A stretch of DNA of 64,000 nucleotides, taken from contig CAWBOS010000015.1 of NCBI GenBank assembly GCA_963790475.1, positions 544,001 through 608,000 of the forward strand, written 5' to 3'. Position 1 is the stretch's first letter. Each line of letters opens with the position of its first letter. Origin of the DNA: an uncultured delta proteobacterium (GTDB lineage: Bacteria; Desulfobacterota; RBG-13-43-22). Position numbers and translations under genes: made by a program. Under the pieces are notes generated by a model, which saw only the letters and a list, made by a program, of their open reading frames with translations, ran no database searches and was not told the DNA's origin. Below, in pieces: positions 11,310-20,916 of the stretch.

Positions 11310-11626
11310 TGATCGTGGGCATTAACTCATCCAGTATTAATCAGGCCACCAAGGACGCTTTTAGCGACTTCTAATTCGTTTGTCAATAGGTTGGAGATCG
11401 GGGACCGGAGATAAAGAGTCCACCCGAACGTGTTTTTGGGAAAAAAATCTGAATAAGAGAGGTAGACTGGAAAAAGTGCCTTTGTCTGATTTGGAGTGTT
11501 ACACAACACTAGGTCTAAATTTAAGAGGTCCATTTATTTTGCACGGACGGTGATAGGCTTGTGGCCTACTGTAGGTCAATAAGTCCTCCGGGACGGGGTT
11601 CCCGTTCAATAAAAGCAAGGGAGCGA

Positions 11627-12976
11627 CTAATGATCCGGGGTCAGCAGTCCTGCTTCTTTCAGATTTCCCACGATAACCTGGAGGGACTGCTCCGGATGGA
11701 GATATTCTTGAGCCACTCGAAGCACATCTTCCCGACTGACCGATTTGATAAGGGCAGGATACTTTTCCGGATAATCAAGACCGAGTCCGAAATATTCCAC
11801 CTGGGAAAGAAAATTGACCAGTTTCCCCTGGGTATCGAATCGCATTGGGAAACTGCCGATCAGATAATTTTTGGCCCGCTGAAGGGCTTCCGCGGAGACG
11901 GTTTCTTTGCGGATCCGTTCTATTTGTTTCATGGCCAGAGATATCGCCTCTAAAGCCGAGGCATTCTTGGTCTGTAAGACCACCTGAAAAGTCCCTTGAA
12001 ATTTCTTGGGATCGAAGAAGCTACCTACCGAATAGGCCAGGCCTCGCTTAACGCGAATCTCATCCATTAACCTCGAACCAAACCCCCCGCCACCTAGAAT
12101 ATAGTTCATGACCGTTAAGGCATAATAATCCGGATTGGACCTGGCCACGCCGATCCCCCCGATAATGATATTGGCCTGGGCCAAGTCACGATTGATTTTG
12201 ACGATCTCGCCCTTCTTGGCACCCCCCGGGCTAAGGTCTGATTTTGGAATTGGGCCTGCAGGCCATTCGGCGAAAAGGGGAATGATTTTGGTTTTCACCT
12301 CTTCTTGGGTAATATCCCCGGCGATCGACAACAGGGCATTATTAGGGTGGTAAAAGGTTTTATAAAAACGGACGACATCCTCCCGGGTCAGTTTCGGGAC
12401 AGACTCCTTCGTCCCTTCTACCGGATGACTGTAGGGACTGTCCTGGAAAACAATCCGATTAAAAGCCTTCTCGGCCACTTCACCGGGGTCCTCTTCGGCG
12501 GATTTAATGGCCCCGAGAATTTTATGGGCTTCTTTTCGCAGCTCTTCCTCGGGAAAAATCGGCTGGGTGATCGTTTCCGCCAAAAGACCAAGCCCTTTTT
12601 CCAGATCTTTTTTCAGAACGCGGAGACTGATTGTGGCATAATCTTTGTTGGCCGAGACATTAAGAGAAGCCCCCATGAAATCAAGGGCCTCGTTTATAGA
12701 GATCAACGTCTGCTTTGATGTCCCCAGGAGCAAGCCCTTGGCGGTTAGAAAGGCTAACCCTTCTTTTCCCTTGGAGTCCTGTCGTGATCCCGCGTCAATG
12801 ACTACCTGAATGGTTACAAAGGGGAGGGAATGTTCCTCGGTAAGGAGTAAAACCATCTGATTGGGTAAGGATAATCGGTTAATCGGTGGTATCGCAGCTG
12901 CAGGCCCACTCGACCAGCTCCAAAAGGTAAAGACCAAGAGGGCGGTTGAAATCAGTCTAATCGGTATGCCGGCCAT
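11627..12976 (-). CDS. M16 peptidase-like, non-catalytic partner subunit
   Basis: M16 fold motifs (AGSRQD..GLA, YSHP, SRLMDEIRVKRGLAY) without HXXEH; signal peptide; paired with the upstream M16 gene. Confidence 0.85.
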   Translation of the reverse strand: MAGIPIRLISTALLVFTFWSWSSGPAAAIPPINRLSLPNQMVLLLTEEHSLPFVTIQVVIDAGSRQDSKGKEGLAFLTAKGLLLGTSKQTLISINEALDFMGASLNVSANKDYATISLRVLKKDLEKGLGLLAETITQPIFPEEELRKEAHKILGAIKSAEEDPGEVAEKAFNRIVFQDSPYSHPVEGTKESVPKLTREDVVRFYKTFYHPNNALLSIAGDITQEEVKTKIIPLFAEWPAGPIPKSDLSPGGAKKGEIVKINRDLAQANIIIGGIGVARSNPDYYALTVMNYILGGGGFGSRLMDEIRVKRGLAYSVGSFFDPKKFQGTFQVVLQTKNASALEAISLAMKQIERIRKETVSAEALQRAKNYLIGSFPMRFDTQGKLVNFLSQVEYFGLGLDYPEKYPALIKSVSREDVLRVAQEYLHPEQSLQVIVGNLKEAGLLTPDH

Positions 12977-12991
12977 AACGAGTTATCCTCC

Positions 12992-14383
12992 TCATCTGAT
13001 AATGCGCCCCGGTCCGGAAGGGATGTCTTTAACCGGCCCACCCTCCTTGGGAGGGAGCGGAATAAGAACGCCCACGGTCCGGTTTTCGGGAAGAAGATAT
13101 TTCTTGGCCACCCGTTGAATATCCTCCGGGGTGACCTTCCTGATGGATGGGATATAGTCCTCAACCATTTTCCAATTTCCGACCATCTCATATTGAGCCA
13201 GGATCATACCTTGATAGAATAGAGAATCCTGGCCATAAATAAAAGAGGCTTCCAATTGATTCTTGGCTTTCTGCAGTTCGGGGAACCCCACCCCTTCTTT
13301 CTGGAGATGTTCTATTTCCAAATCCAGGGCTTTCTCCAATTCGCCGACTTCTTTTCCGGGAAAGGGTTGAGCCGAAATCGTAAAAAGGTTGGGATCCTTG
13401 GAGACCAGGGCATTGTCGGCCTCGGCACTCAGGGCCAGTTGCTTCTCTCTGACCAGATTTTGGTAAAACCTTGAACTTCTCCCGCCGGATAGAATAGCCG
13501 CAATGACCTCCAAGGCATAGCTGTCTTGATGACGCAAGTTCGGCACATGATATCCCATAATAATATAAGGCAGCTCAGCTTCCCGGGTGACCGTAATTCT
13601 TCTTTCACCCGTCTGCGGTGGATCAATCCCCATTTTCTCTTCAGCAACATCTCTTTTTATGATTGATCCGAAGGCCTTTTCCAGACGGGGTAAAAGGTCA
13701 TCCTTTTTGAAGTCTCCCACGATCACGAGTACGGCGTTGGCCGGATTATAATGGATTTTGCAGTATATTTTGAGATCCTCCAGAGTAAAGCGCTCGATAT
13801 CTTCATACCAGCCGATGGTCGGCCAGTGATAAGGAGAGGTTTGAAAGGCCGTAGCTTCGACCTGTTCGGCCAGATAGGCTTGGGGACTGTCCTCGGTGCG
13901 CATCCTCCGCTCCTCCAGGACCACCATCCGTTCCGTCCGGAAATCTTCCTCCTTAAGTTGGAGATTCTCCATACGGTCCGCTTCCAGGTCGATGGGTACC
14001 TGAACCCGGCCGGAGCTGACATTTTCAAAATAGGCGGTAAAGTCGCTGGAGGTAAAGGCATTGTCATTACCGCCGATCTCCTCAACGGCCCGGGTGAACT
14101 CCTCCCCTTTGACTTTCTTGGTCCCCTTGAACATCATATGTTCCAGCATATGGGAAAGACCGGTCTTTCCCCAGGTTTCATTCCTGGACCCGACCCGATA
14201 CCAGACCTGAAAGGTTACTTCGGGGACTTTATGATTTTCAACAAGAATCACTTTTAGCCCGTTGGATAAAACCGTCTCCTGAACTTTTTCGGCTATCGCC
14301 CCTTGGGAACCGACTGAAAATATGAACGGCGCGAGCAAAATAAATGAATATATCCTCCAATTGAAACCCCGGTTAGGCTTCAA
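12992..14383 (-). CDS. M16 (pitrilysin-family) zinc metallopeptidase
   Basis: VGSRNE..GKTGLSHMLEHMMFKGT (HXXEH), NAFT, signal peptide. Confidence 0.9.
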   Translation of the reverse strand: MKPNRGFNWRIYSFILLAPFIFSVGSQGAIAEKVQETVLSNGLKVILVENHKVPEVTFQVWYRVGSRNETWGKTGLSHMLEHMMFKGTKKVKGEEFTRAVEEIGGNDNAFTSSDFTAYFENVSSGRVQVPIDLEADRMENLQLKEEDFRTERMVVLEERRMRTEDSPQAYLAEQVEATAFQTSPYHWPTIGWYEDIERFTLEDLKIYCKIHYNPANAVLVIVGDFKKDDLLPRLEKAFGSIIKRDVAEEKMGIDPPQTGERRITVTREAELPYIIMGYHVPNLRHQDSYALEVIAAILSGGRSSRFYQNLVREKQLALSAEADNALVSKDPNLFTISAQPFPGKEVGELEKALDLEIEHLQKEGVGFPELQKAKNQLEASFIYGQDSLFYQGMILAQYEMVGNWKMVEDYIPSIRKVTPEDIQRVAKKYLLPENRTVGVLIPLPPKEGGPVKDIPSGPGRIIR

Positions 14384-14586
14384 GGGCTACCTCCTATTAG
14401 TTTTTATGGCACTTAATTCAGATAAGGCCGATCAGGCTCCAGGTCAAGAAAAATTTACCTGGTTTTCTTTAACCCATCAAAACATCAGGGAACTCCTTAT
14501 GAAAGAGGAAGTGGGTATTTCGAATAAAAGCACCTCACCACCTGTTCTTTTCCGACTATCTCCAGGATAATTCAGCATAAGAGTCT

Positions 14587-15693
14587 TTATTGGGGAATAA
14601 AGTCTTCAATAGGACGCAGTTTTTTATTCAGGATCTGTAAAATGTCTTTCTCCTCCCGGTAGGCGGATAAATAAGCCCTGATCGAGATACCCATGGTGAC
14701 CATACCGGTCAGGATAAGCGCGGCGTCCATGATCGTCCACAACCCCAACCCGAAATAACGTATCAGAGAAATGCCTAAGGCAATGAGAGCTATACCCGTG
14801 CGGATGAAAGCAAGCATCGTTCTTTCCTTGGCCAAAACAGTTCGATGAGAAGATAAATAATTCCGGGCAACGGCGAGGTGGTTCCGGTCTTTGGCTAATT
14901 GGGTTCTCAGCACCGAATACTCGGTTCGAGTGGCAGCCCATACTGTTCGCTTATCCGCTAATTCAGTCCGCCTGGAAGCCAAAGTAGTCCGCTGATCGGC
15001 CAAGTCGGTACGCCTGCCAGCCAACTTTGTCCGATCATCGGCTAACATCGTTCTCCGGTCGGCTAACTGGGTACGTCGGGCAGCGAGACTGGTCCGCTCA
15101 TCGGCCAAATCGGTTCGTCTATCCGCCAAATCAGTTCTTCGGCCTGCCAGGTCGGTACGTCTATTAGCTAATGCGGTCCGTTGTTCGGCCAACTCAGTAC
15201 TTTTGAGCGATAGTTTGGTCTGATCCTGCATCAATCTTGTACGCACATCGGCCTGTATTGTACGTTGTTCGGCCAGCTCGGTTCGTTTATTGGAAGTATC
15301 CACCAGATTGGCCGACATCTCGGTGCGTTTTTCGGCTAAGTTGGTCCGTTGATCGGAATTCTTGACCAACTGTTTGTCCAATTCCATGCGCTGGGCCGAC
15401 ATCTCGGTGCGTTTTTCGGCTAACTGGGTCCGTTGATCGGAATTCTTGACCAGTTGTTTGTTCAGTTCGGTGCTTTGTGCTGCCAGATCAGTACGGAGGG
15501 CCGAATTCTTGACCAGATCCGAGGTCAGGGAAGTTCGGCTTCGGGCTAATTCGATTTGTTCTTCTTCGAGCTTGTTTTCCTGATCAGCAAACTTGAGGAG
15601 GCCCTCAAAGACCGGCTTTTCTTCTTCCAGGACTTGGAGGATTTCTTTTAAGAAAACGGGACTTCCCTGTTCGTTATTGGTTTCTGCACTCAT
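14587..15693 (-). CDS. DUF202 (YidH-like) membrane protein with a long N-terminal heptad-repeat coiled coil
   Basis: C-terminal LAKERTMLAFIRTG plus two TM helices; preceded by many LA(D/E)xRT heptads. Confidence 0.75.
   Translation of the reverse strand: MSAETNNEQGSPVFLKEILQVLEEEKPVFEGLLKFADQENKLEEEQIELARSRTSLTSDLVKNSALRTDLAAQSTELNKQLVKNSDQRTQLAEKRTEMSAQRMELDKQLVKNSDQRTNLAEKRTEMSANLVDTSNKRTELAEQRTIQADVRTRLMQDQTKLSLKSTELAEQRTALANRRTDLAGRRTDLADRRTDLADERTSLAARRTQLADRRTMLADDRTKLAGRRTDLADQRTTLASRRTELADKRTVWAATRTEYSVLRTQLAKDRNHLAVARNYLSSHRTVLAKERTMLAFIRTGIALIALGISLIRYFGLGLWTIMDAALILTGMVTMGISIRAYLSAYREEKDILQILNKKLRPIEDFIPQ
15310..15460. repeat. 84-bp-period near-exact duplication inside the heptad region
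   Basis: ggccgacatctcggtgcgtttttcggctaa...ggtccgttgatcggaattcttgacca occurs at 15310 and 15394. Confidence 0.8.
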
Positions 15694-15717
15694 TCGTTTA
15701 TCCTTTCATCCCATTGC

Positions 15718-16554
15718 TTAGTCTAAGGCAACAGGTCTATCTTCAAGGCCAATTTGAACCTCTTTCACACCGGCCACCTGCCGGGCTACCTCGATCAGAT
15801 CGTTCTTGATTCTATGTTTTCCGCTGGGAAAAATTCCTCCCGTTTCAAAGGTTCCGGAAATTTTAACCGTTCCCTTTTCCGCCGACACTTTAAGTTCCAA
15901 CCCCTTTGTACGGTCATGACCCGCCAACTCGGCCTTTACCCTGCTGGCCAAAAGGAAATCTTCAATAATAATTTGAGATTCTGGAGATTCCACGAATTCT
16001 TTTTGATTTAGAGTACAAACGATCATTTCACAAGCACTTTCTATCCCGATGGAATCCAAGTTAATGACTAAGTCATATAGAGAGGGATCCCGCCAGTCCA
16101 CGTCGTATAAAAACCGTGTCCACTTGACCCGGCTTTCATCCATCTTTTCAATGGTTTTTTTCGCATCTTCTAAAGACATATTTTGGGTTTCGGCAAGCTT
16201 CTGGGCGCGTCGAGTCAACGGGGCAATGACCCTGACCTTTAAAACCCCGGGGATACCTTTCATCAGCAGATGTCCAGCATGCCCATAATAAGCAAAAGGC
16301 CCCCTCTGGGCCCTTTCGGCCAAAGCCAGTTGGATGGCCGTTAAATAAAGGCTTCGTTCCGTCGAAGGACCGCGAATTAATCCTTTGGTCTTTTCCAACT
16401 GTTGAAGGAGAAGGGATTGGGATATCCCAAAACGATCCGAAGCTTCCTGTAAAATTTCCTGGCTGACCGCAGGAATGCCTAATCTTCCCGACAGGCATTT
16501 CGCCAAAGCTTCCCCTCCGCTCATCGTACCTCTGGAAATGGTTATTATGGCCAT
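15718..16554 (-). CDS. Cytidylate kinase-like family protein with C-terminal BON-like domain
   Basis: MAIITISRGTMSGG start, GHAGH, VRVIAP, DPSLYDLVIN; C-terminal LASRVKAEL...VSAEKGTVKISG...VAGVKEV. Confidence 0.75.
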   Translation of the reverse strand: MAIITISRGTMSGGEALAKCLSGRLGIPAVSQEILQEASDRFGISQSLLLQQLEKTKGLIRGPSTERSLYLTAIQLALAERAQRGPFAYYGHAGHLLMKGIPGVLKVRVIAPLTRRAQKLAETQNMSLEDAKKTIEKMDESRVKWTRFLYDVDWRDPSLYDLVINLDSIGIESACEMIVCTLNQKEFVESPESQIIIEDFLLASRVKAELAGHDRTKGLELKVSAEKGTVKISGTFETGGIFPSGKHRIKNDLIEVARQVAGVKEVQIGLEDRPVALD

Positions 16555-16616
16555 CTTTCCTCCTTATTACCTAAGATAATTATTTCATCCTTTTCCCTCG
16601 AATCCCTTCTCCAAAA

Positions 16617-16991
16617 TCACCCGGAAAGCCCCAGGGCTTTTATGACCAGATCCCGCAACTGGCTTAGTTTAAACGGTTTGGCAATAAAATCGTAGGCCCC
16701 TATTTTTAAGGCTTCCCTGGCCTTTTCCACAGTGGCAAACCCGGTGATGATAATCACTTTGGTTTCGGGAGAAACCTTTTGAACCAGTTTTAACACCTCA
16801 ATACCATCCAACTCTTTCATTTTTAGGTCGGTGATTAAAATCTGAAATTTTTTTTCAGCAAATCGTTTAATAGCTTCGTTGGGATCGATAAACGTCTCAA
16901 TATCCAGATTGACCTTTTCCAGGGTGGACCTCAACCTTTCACAAACGATCGGCTCATCATCCAAAATCATCACGCTGTAGGCTTTTTCCAT
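16617..16991 (-). CDS. Stand-alone response-regulator receiver protein
   Basis: MEKAYSVMILDDE after GGAGG; ITDLKM, ITG, AKPF; no output domain. Confidence 0.9.
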   Translation of the reverse strand: MEKAYSVMILDDEPIVCERLRSTLEKVNLDIETFIDPNEAIKRFAEKKFQILITDLKMKELDGIEVLKLVQKVSPETKVIIITGFATVEKAREALKIGAYDFIAKPFKLSQLRDLVIKALGLSG

Positions 16992-17025
16992 AGGACCTCC
17001 ATTCAAGGAGCACATCCTTTCCGGG

Positions 17026-17397
17026 TTATTTAAATTTTTTGGCGGCCTTATCCACCAGTTTGACGATCTGTTCCAATTTAAAAGGTTTGGTAACAAATTC
17101 CGCATCCAGTATTTGCGCTTCTCTGGCCCTTTCGATCGTGGCATAGCCGGTAATCACGATGGCCTTGGTATCCAGAGCCCGATCCTTAAGAAATTTTAAA
17201 ATGTCCAACCCGCTGGGACCGCTCATCTTGAGATCGGTTACCAAGACCTGAAAATTTTTTTCCTCCAGGCGGTTTAATGCCTTTTGACTGTCGGTGAAAA
17301 CTTCCACCGCGTATCCCTCTTTTTCCAGGACCGGCTGTAACCGTTCCCCGACAATGGGTTCGTCATCAAGAACCATAACTGAAATATTTTTTTTCAT
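17026..17397 (-). CDS. Stand-alone response-regulator receiver protein
   Basis: VLDDE, VTDLKM, ITG, TKPF; 123 aa. Confidence 0.9.
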   Translation of the reverse strand: MKKNISVMVLDDEPIVGERLQPVLEKEGYAVEVFTDSQKALNRLEEKNFQVLVTDLKMSGPSGLDILKFLKDRALDTKAIVITGYATIERAREAQILDAEFVTKPFKLEQIVKLVDKAAKKFK

Positions 17398-17454
17398 CGA
17401 AACCTCCTTCTTCGGTCGCTTACTCTTTCATTCTTTTAGCATAATAAAATGCCT

Positions 17455-20013
17455 TTACAATGCCGGTGTACTTTGCGACGGTTCTTCTTTCAAAAATTTA
17501 TCGGCAAAAAAATCAATATCTTTTTCATTGCGCAACAAGACATCCAACTGCCGGGTGAACCCTATTAATCGGCCGATCAACCGAAATTTGTCTTCCATCA
17601 GGGACTGTTCGATCTTTTTTATTCTGGCGGTGATCAATTCCCCCTTACTTTCCACGGCAAAGTCATTCTTTTCCAGTATCTGGGCCAACAGTTTTACCCT
17701 TCGGGTCCGCCGGTTAACCTCGGTAACCCCTCCAAAAAACCGGAAATAAATATAATTGCTGTCCCGGTCCTCGGACATATTCCCGTCAATCAGGTTAAAA
17801 TGATATCCCAGACCCAGATTCAGGTTGAGGTATTCCTTGGAGACAATGGCCAGGTTTATATTGAGCCTTTCTGTGGAAAGGGCCTCCGTGGAGGGGTTGC
17901 GGGTAAAGCTGGACATGAATCCTTTGAGATCCAAATCGACCGGCTGGGACTGCCACACGCCGGGGGCAACCAGGGCCCGAAGCAGAATCGACAGAGGCCG
18001 ACAGTCGACTTCATCGAGGATTATTTCATTAGAAGAAATTCCCTTTTTAATACCTCCGCCAATATCGAGGACCGTCAAATTAAGGGGGATGGGCAGTTTA
18101 AGTTTGGTCAAGGAATGAATAAAACTCAATTGACTGGGATGTATACCTTGGGCGATTTTTCGAACGGCCATTTCATGGGCAAATCGGATGATATCATGAA
18201 ACGTTTTACAATGGGCCGGATCGAATTCATTGGATTGAGGGTCGGTAATATTCAAAGTGGATATCTTCTTGAGCAACCTGCGGAGCAGCTTAAACTCATA
18301 GGTTTCTTCATAGGGTATTTTTTCGATCAGCTGGGCGGTTAGAAGTTCCTTGACAATTCCCTGGTAAATCACATTCTCCTCGGCATCAACGGTCACTTCC
18401 ATACCGGACTTTAAGACCTGAGTGGCCGAATTGGTATCCACGATGGTTGGAACCCGGAATTCCCTGCAGATAGTCGCCATATGGCCGGTAACCGCCCCTA
18501 TATCGGTGACCACCGCACTGGCCTGGGGGACCAGTTTGGACATCCGGGGAGAGGTATGTTTTAAGACCAGAACCGCACCGCGGGGAAAAAGCTGACTTTC
18601 TTCCTCTGATTGAACTTGAAAAACAGCCCCGGCCCCGATTCCCCTGCTGGCAATTACCCCTTGGTTTTTTAAGAGGACCGGATATTTTTGGGCGGCGGTA
18701 ATCAGCCGGCTTTTATCCATTTTCAGTTTTCCTGAAAATTGAAGAGGCCGGGCCTGGAGATAGGTGACCTGTCCCTTTTGATCGATAGACCATTCAATGT
18801 CTTGAAAGGATTTCATATATTGTTCAATCCGGAGGGCCCCTTCGATAATCTCCCGCATGATTGATTCATCCAGGCAAGGCACTTCCTGTTTATCCGGAGG
18901 GACTGAAACCAGAGAAATCCCCTTTCCTTTCTCCAGGACGTACTGTTTGGTTTTTTTCCCAATATGCTGCCATAAAATCGGATAAGGATCGACTTTAGAA
19001 ACCTTATATTGATCTACTTCCCCTTCGCCATCCACCACCAGCTTCCCCAACCCCCAAGAAGCCGCCAAGATCATCTCCTCCCCCTCCAATCCATTGGGAT
19101 CAGCGGTATAAATAACCCCGCTGACCTGGGGGGAGATCATGGGCAAACATCCCACGGCCATAGCCATTTCCTTTTGTTTGATGCCTCTCTCATTTCTATA
19201 ACTCATGACCTGGGGAGAAAACAAACTGGCCACGACTTGTTTGTATCCGGAGTCTATTTGAGAGGAAGGAACATTTAGAACGGTGGTATATTGACCGGCA
19301 TAACTGATTTGGCTGTCTTCTCCCAGGGCGCTGCTGCGAACCGCCCAGCCGCCGAGAGGGGTATTATTCCAGGAAGAGAGGGCCTTTCGAATGGCCTTTT
19401 TGAGTTCCGGAGGCGTTTTGGCCCTGAGGATCAGTTCTTTCAGTTCTTTGGCCTTTTCCTCCATGACCTCTTGCTTAAACTTTCCTTCGCTTAAAGGGGC
19501 CACCCATTCTTCCAGTTTATTAAACTCAATGAATTGTTTAAAGGCATAGGTGGATATGACAAATCCCTCGGGAACCTTTAGCCCCAAACGATTTTGGAGT
19601 TCCCCCAGGGTGGCCATTTTTTCCCCCACATAATCGGACATTTCTTTGGTCAGCTCCCTTAGAGGATAAACATATTCCCCTTTGGGGAGTGTAAACCGGG
19701 AATCCAGTTCCCCATGGATTTCCATTTTTGCCTTTTCAAAAACATCAAAAAGGTCCAAATATTTTTTAGGGGTGATCAAATTGAGGTCATAGACGACCTT
19801 GTAGACCACCTCCTCCAACTGATTGGTCACGGTTTCAATATATTGTTTGTCGAAAAGATAATCGCCCCCGAGTTTTTCGCCCATATCGGCCATGAGGTCC
19901 AAGGCCTGGTTATTGTAATCCAAGAGCTCCCTGAAGGTCTGAAAAAGGAACTGGAGGGATAGCTCTTCCTCATTTTTTTTACGTCCCAAAAAATATTTAA
20001 TGGGGTTTAACAT
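17455..20013 (-). CDS. PEP-synthase/PPDK-like protein 1 (ATP-grasp + phospho-His domain + uncharacterised C-terminal domain)
   Basis: VGEKMATLGEL, AVRSSALGED..AGQY, QDIEW, LQARP, VTGHMATICRE; no PEP-utiliser C-terminal barrel motifs. Confidence 0.85.
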   Translation of the reverse strand: MLNPIKYFLGRKKNEEELSLQFLFQTFRELLDYNNQALDLMADMGEKLGGDYLFDKQYIETVTNQLEEVVYKVVYDLNLITPKKYLDLFDVFEKAKMEIHGELDSRFTLPKGEYVYPLRELTKEMSDYVGEKMATLGELQNRLGLKVPEGFVISTYAFKQFIEFNKLEEWVAPLSEGKFKQEVMEEKAKELKELILRAKTPPELKKAIRKALSSWNNTPLGGWAVRSSALGEDSQISYAGQYTTVLNVPSSQIDSGYKQVVASLFSPQVMSYRNERGIKQKEMAMAVGCLPMISPQVSGVIYTADPNGLEGEEMILAASWGLGKLVVDGEGEVDQYKVSKVDPYPILWQHIGKKTKQYVLEKGKGISLVSVPPDKQEVPCLDESIMREIIEGALRIEQYMKSFQDIEWSIDQKGQVTYLQARPLQFSGKLKMDKSRLITAAQKYPVLLKNQGVIASRGIGAGAVFQVQSEEESQLFPRGAVLVLKHTSPRMSKLVPQASAVVTDIGAVTGHMATICREFRVPTIVDTNSATQVLKSGMEVTVDAEENVIYQGIVKELLTAQLIEKIPYEETYEFKLLRRLLKKISTLNITDPQSNEFDPAHCKTFHDIIRFAHEMAVRKIAQGIHPSQLSFIHSLTKLKLPIPLNLTVLDIGGGIKKGISSNEIILDEVDCRPLSILLRALVAPGVWQSQPVDLDLKGFMSSFTRNPSTEALSTERLNINLAIVSKEYLNLNLGLGYHFNLIDGNMSEDRDSNYIYFRFFGGVTEVNRRTRRVKLLAQILEKNDFAVESKGELITARIKKIEQSLMEDKFRLIGRLIGFTRQLDVLLRNEKDIDFFADKFLKEEPSQSTPAL

Positions 20014-20119
20014 GGAACATCTTTCTCTTTTTACAAACGATACGAATTACCAAAGATTTTTGAAATCTTGAATTTAGAATTCAGGTGTCAGAATTCTAAA
20101 TATCATGGATTACCGGAGT

Positions 20120-20914
20120 CTAATGCCCGCCTTTAGAGCTGAAAACGATCCCTATGAACAAGCCGCTGACCATGGCAATGAGAACGGACAGGATCCCATA
20201 CCACAATCCTTTCCGCGTGGCCAACCCGGATATCAAGGCCGGAAATCCCACCAATTGCACCTCAAGATGACTGGAATGGAGCAACCGGCCATTTCCCTCC
20301 TTAAAAGCCAGCAGTTCAAGCACATAGGAACCCGGATATATTTTAGGCGGCAGCTCCAGCACGGCATCCGCTTGATCCCAGACCCCTTTCTCCAGGGGTT
20401 TTATCCGGACCGTTCCTTCAAAGATATGGTAGAGATTATCCTTCTCTTTTAACTTAATCAATTCCTTGAGCAGGAGGGATTCCTCTTCCTGATTTTTAGT
20501 ATTCAGGCTGCCGGAGAGGGCTGACAGGTAATTCAGCTTCATCGCCTGGGGCGCCCCTCCCTCTTCCATGGAAGCCAATTTTTCGGAAGTCCACAGAAGA
20601 TAGACCTTGGGCAAATTTTTAAAATGGATCTCTTGGACATTCATCCATAAGCCGCCCACCCGGCCCTTGCGCATCAGGGCCAACTCTTCCCGGGGTCCAA
20701 GGATCCTGAAGGCGATGTGATCTCCGGAAGGCACCACCGCCCTGACGGTTACTTTTCCTCCGGGGAAAAAACTGCCGATCCGGATAGTATGGGGTTGAAT
20801 GACATCAATACCGATCGGGGAAGTCGCCCCATAAACTCCGGATATGAAAAAAACCAAAATAAAGACCCCCAGGATAAATGGATAGCCGAATCCCTTGAGC
20901 CTATGCCGGTTCAT
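20120..20914 (-). CDS. TIGR02186-like membrane-anchored protein
   Basis: Signal peptide, RKGRVGGLWMN motif, C-terminal TM with YG and KGGH end; follows TauE. Confidence 0.75.
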   Translation of the reverse strand: MNRHRLKGFGYPFILGVFILVFFISGVYGATSPIGIDVIQPHTIRIGSFFPGGKVTVRAVVPSGDHIAFRILGPREELALMRKGRVGGLWMNVQEIHFKNLPKVYLLWTSEKLASMEEGGAPQAMKLNYLSALSGSLNTKNQEEESLLLKELIKLKEKDNLYHIFEGTVRIKPLEKGVWDQADAVLELPPKIYPGSYVLELLAFKEGNGRLLHSSHLEVQLVGFPALISGLATRKGLWYGILSVLIAMVSGLFIGIVFSSKGGH

Positions 20915-20916
20915 GA

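Noticed and set aside
11327-11533. 68-aa minus ORF between the M16 pair and the permease
   Set aside because: No recognisable motif or clear RBS; possibly spurious
11627-14383. Active plus inactive M16 peptidase pair
   Set aside because: A well-known heterodimeric arrangement; not unusual
14860-15560. Regular 21-bp periodicity as a possible CRISPR array
   Set aside because: It is in-frame coding heptad repetition with synonymous variation; no unique spacers and no cas genes
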